DNA from: a virus | Lineage: Duplodnaviria; Caudoviricetes | Direction: 5' to 3' (one strand) | IMG/VR virus record: IMGVR_UViG_3300044960_000379 | Coordinates: 1-52,784 of that record | DNA: 52,784 bases | Shown: positions 9,752-20,000 of the stretch, piece by piece | Position numbering within the stretch: the stretch's first letter is position 1 | Layout of the letters: each line of letters starts with the position of its first letter | Position numbers and translations under genes: made by a program | Notes under the pieces: model-generated | What the model was told of the DNA's origin: nothing | Databases searched by the model: none | Seen by the model: only the letters and a program-made list of their open reading frames with translations

Positions 9752-10225
9752 ATGGCTTCCTGGGAAGACGACGCGACGCTCAAGCTGCGCGGCTACTTCA
9801 AGACCGACGCCGCCACCGGCATTGTCGTGGCCATGCTTGGCGCGCTGCGGACTGTGCAGCGCATCCAGCGCGGCCTGACCGACGACGACACTCCGCGCGA
9901 CGTGCTCCGCCTGCTGTTTACCACCGTGATCGCCATCTACGACAGCCCCTTCATTCAGCAGCACGGGGCCAAGCTGTTGCCGATCTACCAAGCAGCGGTC
10001 ATGGGCTGGCTCGACGGCGCGCGCTACTTGTCCGAAGTCGGCAAGCAGCCCGAGGATGCCCCGCGTGACGAGAAGACGATCAGGCTGGTCGAGAACGCGC
10101 AGGCGTGCGCGCGGCTCTACCGCGAGTTCGTCGTTCAGGCTATGGTGTGCGAAGTTGGCCCGCAGGAGGGGATCGGCCGTTCCCTGCGGCTGCGCGAGAC
10201 GCTGGACGAGCTGATGGAGCGGTGA
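9752..10225 (+). CDS. Hypothetical protein
   Basis: GAGGA RBS before ATG 9752; helical composition. Confidence 0.65.
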   Translation: MASWEDDATLKLRGYFKTDAATGIVVAMLGALRTVQRIQRGLTDDDTPRDVLRLLFTTVIAIYDSPFIQQHGAKLLPIYQAAVMGWLDGARYLSEVGKQPEDAPRDEKTIRLVENAQACARLYREFVVQAMVCEVGPQEGIGRSLRLRETLDELMER

Positions 10226-10226
10226 C

Positions 10227-11192
10227 GTGAGCATCGTCGAACGCGCACGAATCTTCGAAATCCCGCGCGACAACTGGCAGCGGGATTTCACCACGATCAT
10301 CGGCACCTACGCCGTCATCCGCCAGTTCCAGCTTTACGAGGAGCAGCTTGCGCTCGCCCGCCAGACGGTGCGGCAGGCGGAGGATTACCTTGACCTGACC
10401 AAGTGGAACTTCTGGAACATCGCGGTCCCCACCTGGAACCGCCAGCGCGATCTGTTCGACCGCTACGTGGCCAATTTCGCCTACTACGAAGTCGAGTATA
10501 TGTCTGACGCATTCCGGTTCAAGGAATACGAGCCGGACTACACGACGCAGGAAGGTCGCACGCAAGGTCAGGTCCAGTATATCTTCGACCGTGCCGCGCT
10601 TCAGCGAAAGCGTCAGATCGGTAAATACGCCGCTGGTCGCGCGTGCCACGACGCTGTTTACTTCGCCACCATGACGGCGCTGGCCAAGGTCGACGCCGCT
10701 AACCACGGCTACCGCTACGAGGAAGCCAAGAAGCGCGAGCTGGATGCGTGGTATTGGCAGCGCCGGACCGACGGCGCGCGAATCACCGACAGCATGGCCA
10801 ACCGCGTGGTGGCCGGGATCAACAACGGGGCCAACGTCGCCACGAACGCCATCAACGCCGTCGGGCGCGCGGTCAGCGCGCTGGTCAGCGCCACCAACGC
10901 CGCCGGCACGGCGACCCACAACGCCGCGCAAGCCTACGGTGCGCTGGCGAACGGTGCGTTCAGGGCACAGGGCTACGCCATGGGGCGCGGCGGCAACGGT
11001 TTCGACATCGGCGGCATGATCGGCGGAATGCAGGGCTTCGGCGGCAACGGCTACCAGCTCGTCGGCCCGAGGCAGGCCGTCGGCGGCGCGGTGGCCGAAT
11101 CGCTGGGCCGGTCCTCGGCGATGGTCCCCGGCGGCGGCGACTACGAGACGGCCGGCGTCTACTCCGGCATTGGCCTGCAGCACTACACCTGA
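10227..11192 (+). CDS. Putative internal virion (ejection) protein
   Basis: Helical N-terminus and A/N/G-rich C-terminus; lies among the ejection genes. Confidence 0.55.
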   Translation: MSIVERARIFEIPRDNWQRDFTTIIGTYAVIRQFQLYEEQLALARQTVRQAEDYLDLTKWNFWNIAVPTWNRQRDLFDRYVANFAYYEVEYMSDAFRFKEYEPDYTTQEGRTQGQVQYIFDRAALQRKRQIGKYAAGRACHDAVYFATMTALAKVDAANHGYRYEEAKKRELDAWYWQRRTDGARITDSMANRVVAGINNGANVATNAINAVGRAVSALVSATNAAGTATHNAAQAYGALANGAFRAQGYAMGRGGNGFDIGGMIGGMQGFGGNGYQLVGPRQAVGGAVAESLGRSSAMVPGGGDYETAGVYSGIGLQHYT

Positions 11193-11194
11193 CC

Positions 11195-12502
11195 ATGGCT
11201 GTCAACCCCACCATCCCGCCGGAAAACTTCCTTGATGAAAACGAGCCGTCCAATCCGTTGGCGCGCGCGCCTGAGCCGCCCGTCGAGCCGGAACCGCGAG
11301 CGCAGGGACAGGAAGACGCCACCGGACAGGAAGCGCCGGCAGAACCGGCCCCTGCGCAGCCGGAGCCTCTTGCCAATCCCCTAGCCGCCCCGGCCCCGGC
11401 GCAGGCGGACTCCGGCGAGTCTGACCCTCTGTTCGACCTTGTGCCGCAGCAGGAAGAAGCCGGTGGCACGTCCCTCCCTCCCGGGCAGGAGCACGTCGAC
11501 CCGGCGAAAGCGGCCGAGGCGGAGCCGGTCGACTATCCTGACATGGCGAACAGCCGCAACTTCGGCGTCGAGGACTATCGCCGGCTGCTCCGCCACCCGA
11601 ACGTCCAGCGGGGGCTCTACGCCATCCGGCAGGCCGAGGGCACGCAACGCTACGCCAACCCCTACACGACGGCGTTCGGCGGGCGTCAGATTGGCGACCT
11701 GTCGTGGCACCCCATGCGGGCGTTCCCGTTCCGCAACCCGGCCGGCGGGCCGAACGCCACCACGGCAGCGGGGGCCTACCAGTTCCTCGGGCGCACGTGG
11801 AACGGCGTGGCGCGCCGTCTGGGCCTGCGCGACTTCAGCCCCGAATCGCAGGACATTGCTGCCCTGCACCTCATCAACCAGCGTGGAGGGCTGCGCGCGC
11901 TCGTCAACGGCGACGCTGTCGGCTGGGCGCGGGCCGTCCGGGGCGAGTGGGCGTCGTTCCCCGGCGCGGGCTACGGGCAGGGCGAGCAGCGCATGAGCAG
12001 GATCGTCCGCTGGTTCAACTCTCCCGGCGCGGACGCCATTCCCGACTATGCCGAGATCGCTCGGACAGGACGGTTCGTCTCTCGCCCCAACCCCAACTCA
12101 GGCGCTGGTGCTGTTGCCCAGGTGCCCGGCACGGACGCCGGCACCTCTGGCGGCGGTGCCAGCGCCGCCGCCCCCCGCTCTCCCCGGAACCCGCTGGCCG
12201 ACAACCCCTACGACTACAGCGATCGGGAGACGGGGGGCGGCGACTACGAACCCTCGACGCCGCGCAACCCGCTGGCGGCCGCCGCGCCCAACTACGACCC
12301 GAACGTCTGGGACGAGCGGGACGAGCCGAACGTCTGGGACGAGCGAGACGAGCCGAAGGGCGTAGGAGCCGACCCGATCCCGCCGTCGACGCTCGGACAG
12401 CCTCAAGCGAGCCGCCGACCGCAGAATCCACTGGCGACCAACCCCGCGCAGGCGTATGCTGCGCGCCTGTCAGGATTAAGGCGCAACTTGTTCGGAGGTT
12501 AG
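11195..12502 (+). CDS. Virion-associated lytic transglycosylase (lambda R/GH104-like domain with disordered flanks)
   Basis: IRQAEGT...TAAGAYQFL..TW...DFSPESQD.AA...EWASFPGAGYGQ is the lambda R signature. Confidence 0.85.
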   Translation: MAVNPTIPPENFLDENEPSNPLARAPEPPVEPEPRAQGQEDATGQEAPAEPAPAQPEPLANPLAAPAPAQADSGESDPLFDLVPQQEEAGGTSLPPGQEHVDPAKAAEAEPVDYPDMANSRNFGVEDYRRLLRHPNVQRGLYAIRQAEGTQRYANPYTTAFGGRQIGDLSWHPMRAFPFRNPAGGPNATTAAGAYQFLGRTWNGVARRLGLRDFSPESQDIAALHLINQRGGLRALVNGDAVGWARAVRGEWASFPGAGYGQGEQRMSRIVRWFNSPGADAIPDYAEIARTGRFVSRPNPNSGAGAVAQVPGTDAGTSGGGASAAAPRSPRNPLADNPYDYSDRETGGGDYEPSTPRNPLAAAAPNYDPNVWDERDEPNVWDERDEPKGVGADPIPPSTLGQPQASRRPQNPLATNPAQAYAARLSGLRRNLFGG

Positions 12503-12503
12503 C

Positions 12504-13469
12504 GTGGCCTACGCCGACCCGTTTGGCTCGTTCATCGACGGCTTCCGGCAGGGCGAGGCCGACGCGCGCAAGGCCGCCGGAGAATCCAAGCGGTCCCGGC
12601 GCGGCGGCTCTGACGATTCCGGCGGCTCCGGCGGCTCCGGCGGCGGCCGGAACAACGACGACCTCATCCCCAACGCGCCGATCCAGCCCGGGCTCCGCCC
12701 CGGCGACCGTGGCTTTGTTCCGATGCCGCGTCCTCCGGTCCCGGTCCTCACCGACCAGAACCCTTCGCGCGGCTACGGCGAAACCGAAGGCCCGGGCGCC
12801 GATGCGCTTGCCCCGACGCCGTTTGATCGCGGCGGGAACCCCATGGCACCAGAGGACGGCATGGCCCCCGGAGGCGCGGTTCCTGCCCCCGTCGCGCGGA
12901 CGCAGCTGCAGATGCCCGAAGACGGCATGGCTCCCGGCGGGGCCGCGCCGCGTCAGGCGGCGCGGCTGCCCGAGGACGGCGGCGCGCCCGGCGCGGCCAC
13001 GGCCATGCTCCCGCCGCCGGTGCCGAATCCGTTCACTGCACCGGAAGATTTCGGCTCGCCGGGCGTGGCCCCGCCGAGTCTTGAGGACGTGCTCAACCGC
13101 CTGCCCCCGCCGCCGCCGATCCGGCCGCCCGACAACGTCGACGTGCTGCGCATGATCGACCGCGAGGCGCGCGCCGCCGGGCGGGTGCCGTTCTGGGTGC
13201 AGACCCAGCGCGTGCAGGTGCAGGATCGCGACCCGTTTGGCCGGCCGGCCGGGCCGCCGCGCGAGGTGATCCGCCGCAATCCCGACTTCGTCGAGCCGCA
13301 GAACAACGACGGAGCCTGGCAGTCGGTCAGGATGCGTCGGGAGGCCACGCTGCCGGAAATGCGCCGGCGGGCGGCCGCTGGACGGCTCACACGCGAGCAG
13401 TTCAACTACCTGATGCGCTACATGCAGGGCGATCCTGACCTGACCAATCCGTTCGAGGGCGTCCCCTGA
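12504..13469 (+). CDS. Putative internal virion protein, Pro/Gly-rich
   Basis: GGAGG RBS and GTG start; PEDGMAPGG repeats. Confidence 0.6.
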   Translation: MAYADPFGSFIDGFRQGEADARKAAGESKRSRRGGSDDSGGSGGSGGGRNNDDLIPNAPIQPGLRPGDRGFVPMPRPPVPVLTDQNPSRGYGETEGPGADALAPTPFDRGGNPMAPEDGMAPGGAVPAPVARTQLQMPEDGMAPGGAAPRQAARLPEDGGAPGAATAMLPPPVPNPFTAPEDFGSPGVAPPSLEDVLNRLPPPPPIRPPDNVDVLRMIDREARAAGRVPFWVQTQRVQVQDRDPFGRPAGPPREVIRRNPDFVEPQNNDGAWQSVRMRREATLPEMRRRAAAGRLTREQFNYLMRYMQGDPDLTNPFEGVP

Positions 13470-14032
13470 TGCTTTACGGACCCTACGCTTCCTACGCCAA
13501 CGGACCTGATACCGTCGCGCCGATGCCGGAGTGGCAGGATTTGCTGCACGCGGCGCGCGTCGACATGCTCGTGAAGGACGTGCTCAAGCGGGTCGAATCA
13601 GTGGGGATGGCCGCAGCGGCGGTAGCGGTGCCCGCTACCCCCACGCCGTTCGGCGACGGAGCCGTTCAGCCGCCGTTCGCCGAGGAGCCGCTGCAGGAAG
13701 ACGCCGCAGGCGGTGCTTTCGACATGTTCGAGCCGCCGGAAGGCGGCCCTACGCTTCCCGACGGCCAGTGGAACACCGGGGCCGACATGGAGACCTATCG
13801 CATCATCGGCGCGACGCCGTTCGATGGACCGATGGAGCAGCCCATGGAGCAGTTCGCCGGCGGGCTCGATAATCTTCGCGTGACGCGCGAGGCGATGCAG
13901 CCGCTTGAGCGCGCGATCAGGCCGACGTTCGACACTTACAGCCGGTTCGGCTATCCTGACCTCAAGGCGGACCCTTACGGTAACGGCATCATCAACGCCA
14001 TCCGCCGGATGGTTCGTGGAGCGCAGGCGTGA
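13469..14032 (+). CDS. Hypothetical (probable virion) protein
   Basis: TGATG overlap upstream and GTGA overlap downstream. Confidence 0.6.
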   Translation: MLYGPYASYANGPDTVAPMPEWQDLLHAARVDMLVKDVLKRVESVGMAAAAVAVPATPTPFGDGAVQPPFAEEPLQEDAAGGAFDMFEPPEGGPTLPDGQWNTGADMETYRIIGATPFDGPMEQPMEQFAGGLDNLRVTREAMQPLERAIRPTFDTYSRFGYPDLKADPYGNGIINAIRRMVRGAQA

Positions 14033-17000
14033 GCTACGTAGTTGGCGATCTTCCGATTCCGGAAGAAGACACCCTCGACCCGTCGGAGCAGCAGCGGCTG
14101 CGGCAGCTGCGCGGGCAGCCGGAGCCGCCGCCTCCGCCGCGTGCCCAACCGCAGCCGTCCCAGCCGCAGACGCAGACAGAGCCGCTTCCGCCGCGCGCTC
14201 AACCGGAACCTCCGCAGCCGGAGCCGCTTCCGCCGCGCGCTCAACCGGAACCTCCGCAGCCGGAGCCGCCCTCGCCGCAGCCGGCGCAGCAGGACTCCGA
14301 TCCCGAAGTCGAGGTTCCCGGCTACGAAGGTCGCTGGTCGCGCGCTCGCGTGCGCCAGCTCCGGGAGCTGGAAGCGCAGCCGCCGACACCGGAGAACATC
14401 GTCGCCTACTCGCGGGCGGTCGGCGAGCGCAGCCTCGACATCCTCACGCGCGACCCGAAGGACGACACCGACACCGACAGGGCGCAGCGCCGAACCGCAG
14501 CATTCCGCCTGCAGTTCCGGCGTTGGGTGGCCGAGAACGGGCTCGAAGAAGCCTTCGCCAACGGATCGGCGCGCGATCAGGAACGAATCATCCAGCAGTG
14601 GGCGGACAGCATCCACCCGCCGACCCCGCAGACCAACCGTCGCGGCGAGCAGACCGGGCGGGCGGTTCGCAGCGCCGAATCCCGCGAGCTGACTGCGGCC
14701 CTCGTCGGCGAAGGGAGGATGCCCTACTGGACGACGTTTGTCCCGGACGAGCAGCAGGTCGACGAAGCGGTCAGGAACAGGACCGCCCGCGAGACGAGGG
14801 CCGCGCAGCAGGCCGCGCAGCAGGCCGCGCGAGCGGCGCAGGCCGAAGCCCGACAGGTGCCGGCAAACCCTCTGGCGCGAACCCCGCAGGCCGCCGCGCC
14901 GCAGGAACCGCAGGCCGGGTTCTGGACCCGCGCGAAGGACGTCGCCGTCGAAACCATCGCCGGAGTCGCGCGCGGCGCTGTCGGGCTTGGCGACTTCGTC
15001 AATCGTGGGCTGCAGCAGCTCGGCATCGGTGCCGACCAGGCCGACGTCGAGGGTATCTACGCGCTGCTGGACGCCGCGAAGGGGCAGTTCCAGTCGGAGG
15101 CTTTCCAGCGCGAGTCGCGAGCGTTCTCCGAAGCCCTGCGCAAGGTCGACGGCAGCGTCATTGTCTCCATGGGCCGGGCGCTCGCGCGCGGCGACACCGA
15201 GGGCGCCCGGCAGCTCGCTCAGCAGTCCGGCATCGGCGAAGCGTGGGACCGCGCCGGCACCACCGTCGTGCTGGCGACTATCCTCGGCGGTGCCGCCGAG
15301 TTCGTCGCGCCGTTCAGCGCCGGCGCGCGAGTGGCGCGCGCCGGGGCCAATGTCCTTGCGCGGGGTGCGCCGCGCGTGGCGACAGCTGCGCCGGCGGCAG
15401 GCGGCATCGCCGCCGCTACCGCTGCTCCGACAGCGACGCAGATGACGGAAGTTGGAGCCGAAGTCCGCCGCCAGACCGGGGACAACGCGCGCGCCGACGC
15501 AGCCTCGGCCATGGCGTCCGCCGGCGGTGCCATCGCGGCGCTCGGCAACGTTCTCGGCGCGACCATCGGTCCCGGCGGGCAGGTCGCCCGCGCTCTTGGA
15601 ATGCGCGGGGCCAGTGCTGTCGCCGGAGAGGCCGCCAGCGCACCCGCCCGGGCCGCCATTGCCGGTGCCGCTGGCGCGGCGCAGGGCGGCCTTGCCACCG
15701 CAGGCCAGAACGTCAACCGCGCCGAGGCCGGCGTCGAGCAGGAGAACGTCACCGGGCCGGCGCTTCTTGGCGGCGTGCTCGGCGGTGTGCTTGGTGCGTT
15801 CCCCACGCGCGGGCGCAGCGAGGCCCCGCCAGCGCCGCCGGTGCCGGCGGCACCTGGCACTGCGCAGGCCGGCAACGGCGTCATCCGGGGCGGCGTCGCC
15901 AAGGCCGAGGCTCAGCAGTCGGCCCCGCAGCCAGTCCTCGCGCTCCCGCCACCCTCCGGCAACGCGCCCGAATCTCTGCGGCGCACGCCGGAGGGCGGGC
16001 TGGTCGACCGCCGCGCCGCTGTTCCCGGAGGGGTGGTGCCGGAGGATGCCGGCGTGCGCGAGCGCAACGCGCCGTTCTCGTGGAACGACCGGCGACAGGC
16101 GGACCCGAACACCATCTTCGTGCCGCCGACGCGCGCCCTGCCCGCCCCCGACCCCGACAACCCGTCGCCGAGGCCGCAGGTCGACATCATCGAGCGCAAC
16201 GCGCCGTTTAACCGCAACGACCCGCGACAGGATTTCCCCCGCGAGCCGGGGGTCATCTACGGCGAGCCGCCGCCCCGGAGGCCGGCACTGCCGGCGCCTG
16301 AGCCCGGGCAGGAGCCGTTCGTGGCGCGCGAGGCGCGGCCCCGCGAAAGTGTCGTCGAGCAGAACGCCCCGCTCAATCCGGCGGACCCGCGACAAACGGA
16401 CCCGAACACCATCTATCTGCCGCGCTACTACGGCTCGGACTTCACCGAAGTTCCTCCCCTTCGTCGGCGGCTCGGCGAGATGCCGCCGGAACCGCCGCCT
16501 GCGGCTCCGCGCGGGCGCGAGGTGCAGCCCGCCGAGCAGATTGTGGCTGACGCCATGTCGCTGCCGCGCAGCATCCTCACGCCCGAGGAACGACAGACTC
16601 TCGGAGTCGACCGGCCGCGCGTGCTCACGCCGGACGGCATCCTCGACGTCAGCGGCGACACGCCGAAGCTCGTGCGGCCGAACACGCGCGAGTTCATCAC
16701 CGCCAACACCGAAGGACGGCTTCCGCCGGCCGGCGTCAGCCCCGAGGTGGCCGCCCGCATCGTCGAGCAGGCGCGCATCCGCCGGCAGGTGGAGCTGGCG
16801 CGAGACGCCTTCGTGGCGCAGCAGCAGGCACGCGGCGTGCCGCGCGATCAAGCGTGGCAGAACCTCGCCCGCGCCGAGCAGGACGGCACGTTCCGGCGCT
16901 TCATGGAGCAGTTCTACAGCCGCAAGGGCGTCCGCCCGGCGGCTTTCGTCGACACGCCCACTGCCGCCGCCGTAGTGGGCGAAATCGACGGCCTTGCCAC

Positions 17001-20000
17001 GCGCGTCGGCGCCGCCGTCGAAGTCTACGACGGCGTCAGGGCCATGCCGATCGAATACCGGCAGGCGTTCGCGGACGGCCAGACCAAGGCAGTCACGTTC
17101 ACCGATCAGGACGGCGTGCGCCGCGTAGTGGTGGACCGCTCCATGCACGCCGACGGCACGGACCTGCGCAAGACGCTGCAGCACGAGATCGTCGGGCACG
17201 TCGCGCTGCCGGAAATCCTCGGAGCTACGGCCTACAACAACCTCATGATGCAGGTGTCCCGCCTGCAGGCCGAGAACAGCGCCGTCGCGCAGCTCTACCG
17301 GGAAGTGGCGAAGCAGTATCCCGGAGCCGACCCCCGCACGCAGGCGGCGGAGGTGCTGGCGCGCGTCGTCGAGGACGGTTCGCTGCCGAAGCGCAGCGGC
17401 GTCCAGAAGCTGCGCGATTCGTTCCTCGCCGCCATGCGGCAGGCGGGGTTCAGGGGCCAGAAGGACGGCCTCATGACCGGCGATCAGCTGCAGTCGCTGC
17501 TCGCCACCGTGCGCGATTCGGTCAACAACCCGGAAGCGGCGTGGAGGCTCAAGGAAGCCACCGCGCCGCTCGGCAGCGCCGGCCTCGGGCAGCAGTTCGA
17601 GCGCACGGTCACCGGAACCCGGCAGACGCTCTGGACGCGCGCTGCGGCCTTCCTGTGGAACGAGAACGCGCCGATCATCGAGGCGGCGCGCACGCTGCGC
17701 GACGTGCGCGGCGTGCAGTCCGGGGTCGTCGACCAGCTGTTCCAGGCCCCCAACAGGATCAACACCACGTTCGACAGGTTCGCCGTCCGGCACATCGAGC
17801 CGATCCGCAAGACCATGCAGGAAGTGGCCGACGCCACGGGCAAGTCACTCGACCAGGTCAGCGTCATCCTCGACCAGATTGCCGCCGCCAAGCACGGCAT
17901 CGAGCGCAACGAAGCCACGTGGTTGCTGTTCGCGAAGGTCGCCGACAGGGTCGAGGGCGAGCGCATCGCGCTGTTCCGCGACTTCCGCAACGGCAAGATC
18001 GACGGCAAGACGCTCCGCGACAACCTGCGCGCCATCGTCACCGACGACACCGCTCGGACGCCGCGCGACGAATGGCGCGGCTACGGTGCCACCGATAGCG
18101 AAATCAGGCAGCTGCAGCGGGCGCTCGCCGACGACCCGGCGGCGCAGATGGTCGAGGCGCGGGTGTGGCCCATGCTGCGAGCCTTCGTCGACGACCTCAC
18201 TGACCATCAGCTCAAGTCGGGCATCCTGACCCGCGCCGAGGTCGACCTCTACGGGTTCGCCAACTATGTCCCGGCGCGCGGCGGCGCGGCGGACGCCCCG
18301 CCGCTGGTCATCAACGACATCGCCGGCAACTATGTCACCAGCCACACGGCGCAGGGACGTGGCGGTCAGGGCATCCCCGAGCGCGTGCTCGGCGAGCTGC
18401 TGGACATGTCGGTGGACACGGCGCGCGCGTTCGGCAACCGCGAGTTCTTCCGCGCACTTGGCGAGGCCGTCGCGCTGGACGTCGCCAACACGGCGGCCGG
18501 CCGCAAGCCGCTCTACGGGCGCGAGGTCGAGTCGTCGAACGTCATCTCGACGGCGGCGGACGACAAGATTCGGTTCAACATCCCGAAGGGCGTCCGCCCG
18601 GAAGACTACCAGAACGTCTTCCGCTACATCGACGCTAACGGCGACCTGCGCTACCTCGCGATCACCGACCCGACGCTTGCCGCCGCCCTGCGCGGCGTGG
18701 CGGAGGGGCCGCCGCGCGCATCGAAGATCGCGGCGGCGGCGCAATCCGTGACCGGCCTGCAGGGCCGCCTGCTGACCTCCCTCAACCCCTGGTTCTGGGC
18801 GACACAGATTCAGCGCGACCTGATCGGCAACACGCTGCGCATGCTGACCGACTACCAGGCGTTCGGCATGACGGCGAAGGACGTGCCGACCATGACCAGT
18901 GGCTTCCTCGCGCGGTTCTCGCGCGAGATGCTTCCGCTGTCGGACACGTGGCGCTACGCTTCCCTGAACGCGGATCGCGGCGCGCAGCTGCGCCTCATCG
19001 AGGAATGGAAGCAGTCGAACGACCCGAAGCTGCGCGAGCGGGCCGAGTTCCTTGAGGCCGGCGCGATCCGCTTCTCGTCGCAGTTCTCCGCCACCAGCGA
19101 GTTTCGCGGCACGCCGCTGGCCAATGTCCTCATGGGGACGGATAACCTCGCCCGGCGCGGTTACGACCGGCTGTTCGGCGCCGATGGCGTGCTCAAGACG
19201 CTCGCCGAGCGCATGTCCACGGCGCAGGAAGCACTTGAGCTTGGGCACCGCTGGGCTTTCTACCAGACCCTCCGCCGGCACGGAATGGACCCGGAGCGTG
19301 CCCGGTCCGAGACGATCCAGCTGACCAACTTCAACCAGCGATCCAAGGTCAGCCGCGCACTGAACCCGTGGTTCGCGTTCTCGCACACCATCACCGCCGG
19401 TGCCGACCGCGCTTTCAACAAGGGTCTCTGGCGCAACGGCGAGATTCCGTGGCGGCGCGTCGAGCTGCCCGATGGAACCGTGCAGCGCACCGTTTCGCTT
19501 GCGGACGTGGCGAAGAATCTCAACTACCTCCGCCTCGGCGTCGTCGCCGCCATGGGCTACGCCGCCTCCGCCGCCACGATGAGCCTTCTCGGTGAGCAGA
19601 AGGACAAGAACGGCGTTTCGCTGGCGGACAAGCTGTCGCCGGAGTCGCGGATGCGGTCGCTGTTCTTCCCCGGCACCAAGCCGGGGCAGGTGTTCCGCAT
19701 CGCCATGCCGGACACCGAGGCCACGCTCGGTCTCGCCCTCGGCGTCGCGATCCACGGGCTCGAAACCGGCACCATGAATCAGGCCGAGGCGCGCGTCGGG
19801 CTGCTCAACGTCGCGCAGCGCATCTTCGGTCCGGCGCTCAAGCCGCGCAACGACTTCCCGGACGGCGAGCGCGGCAACCCCATCACGAGCATGACCCTCG
19901 GCGCGGTCCCCACCGTGCTTCGGCCCGTCGTCGAAGGGGCGCTCAACTACAACTTCGCCGGCAACCCGCTGGACAGGCGCGGTCAGGTGGTCAACGCACC

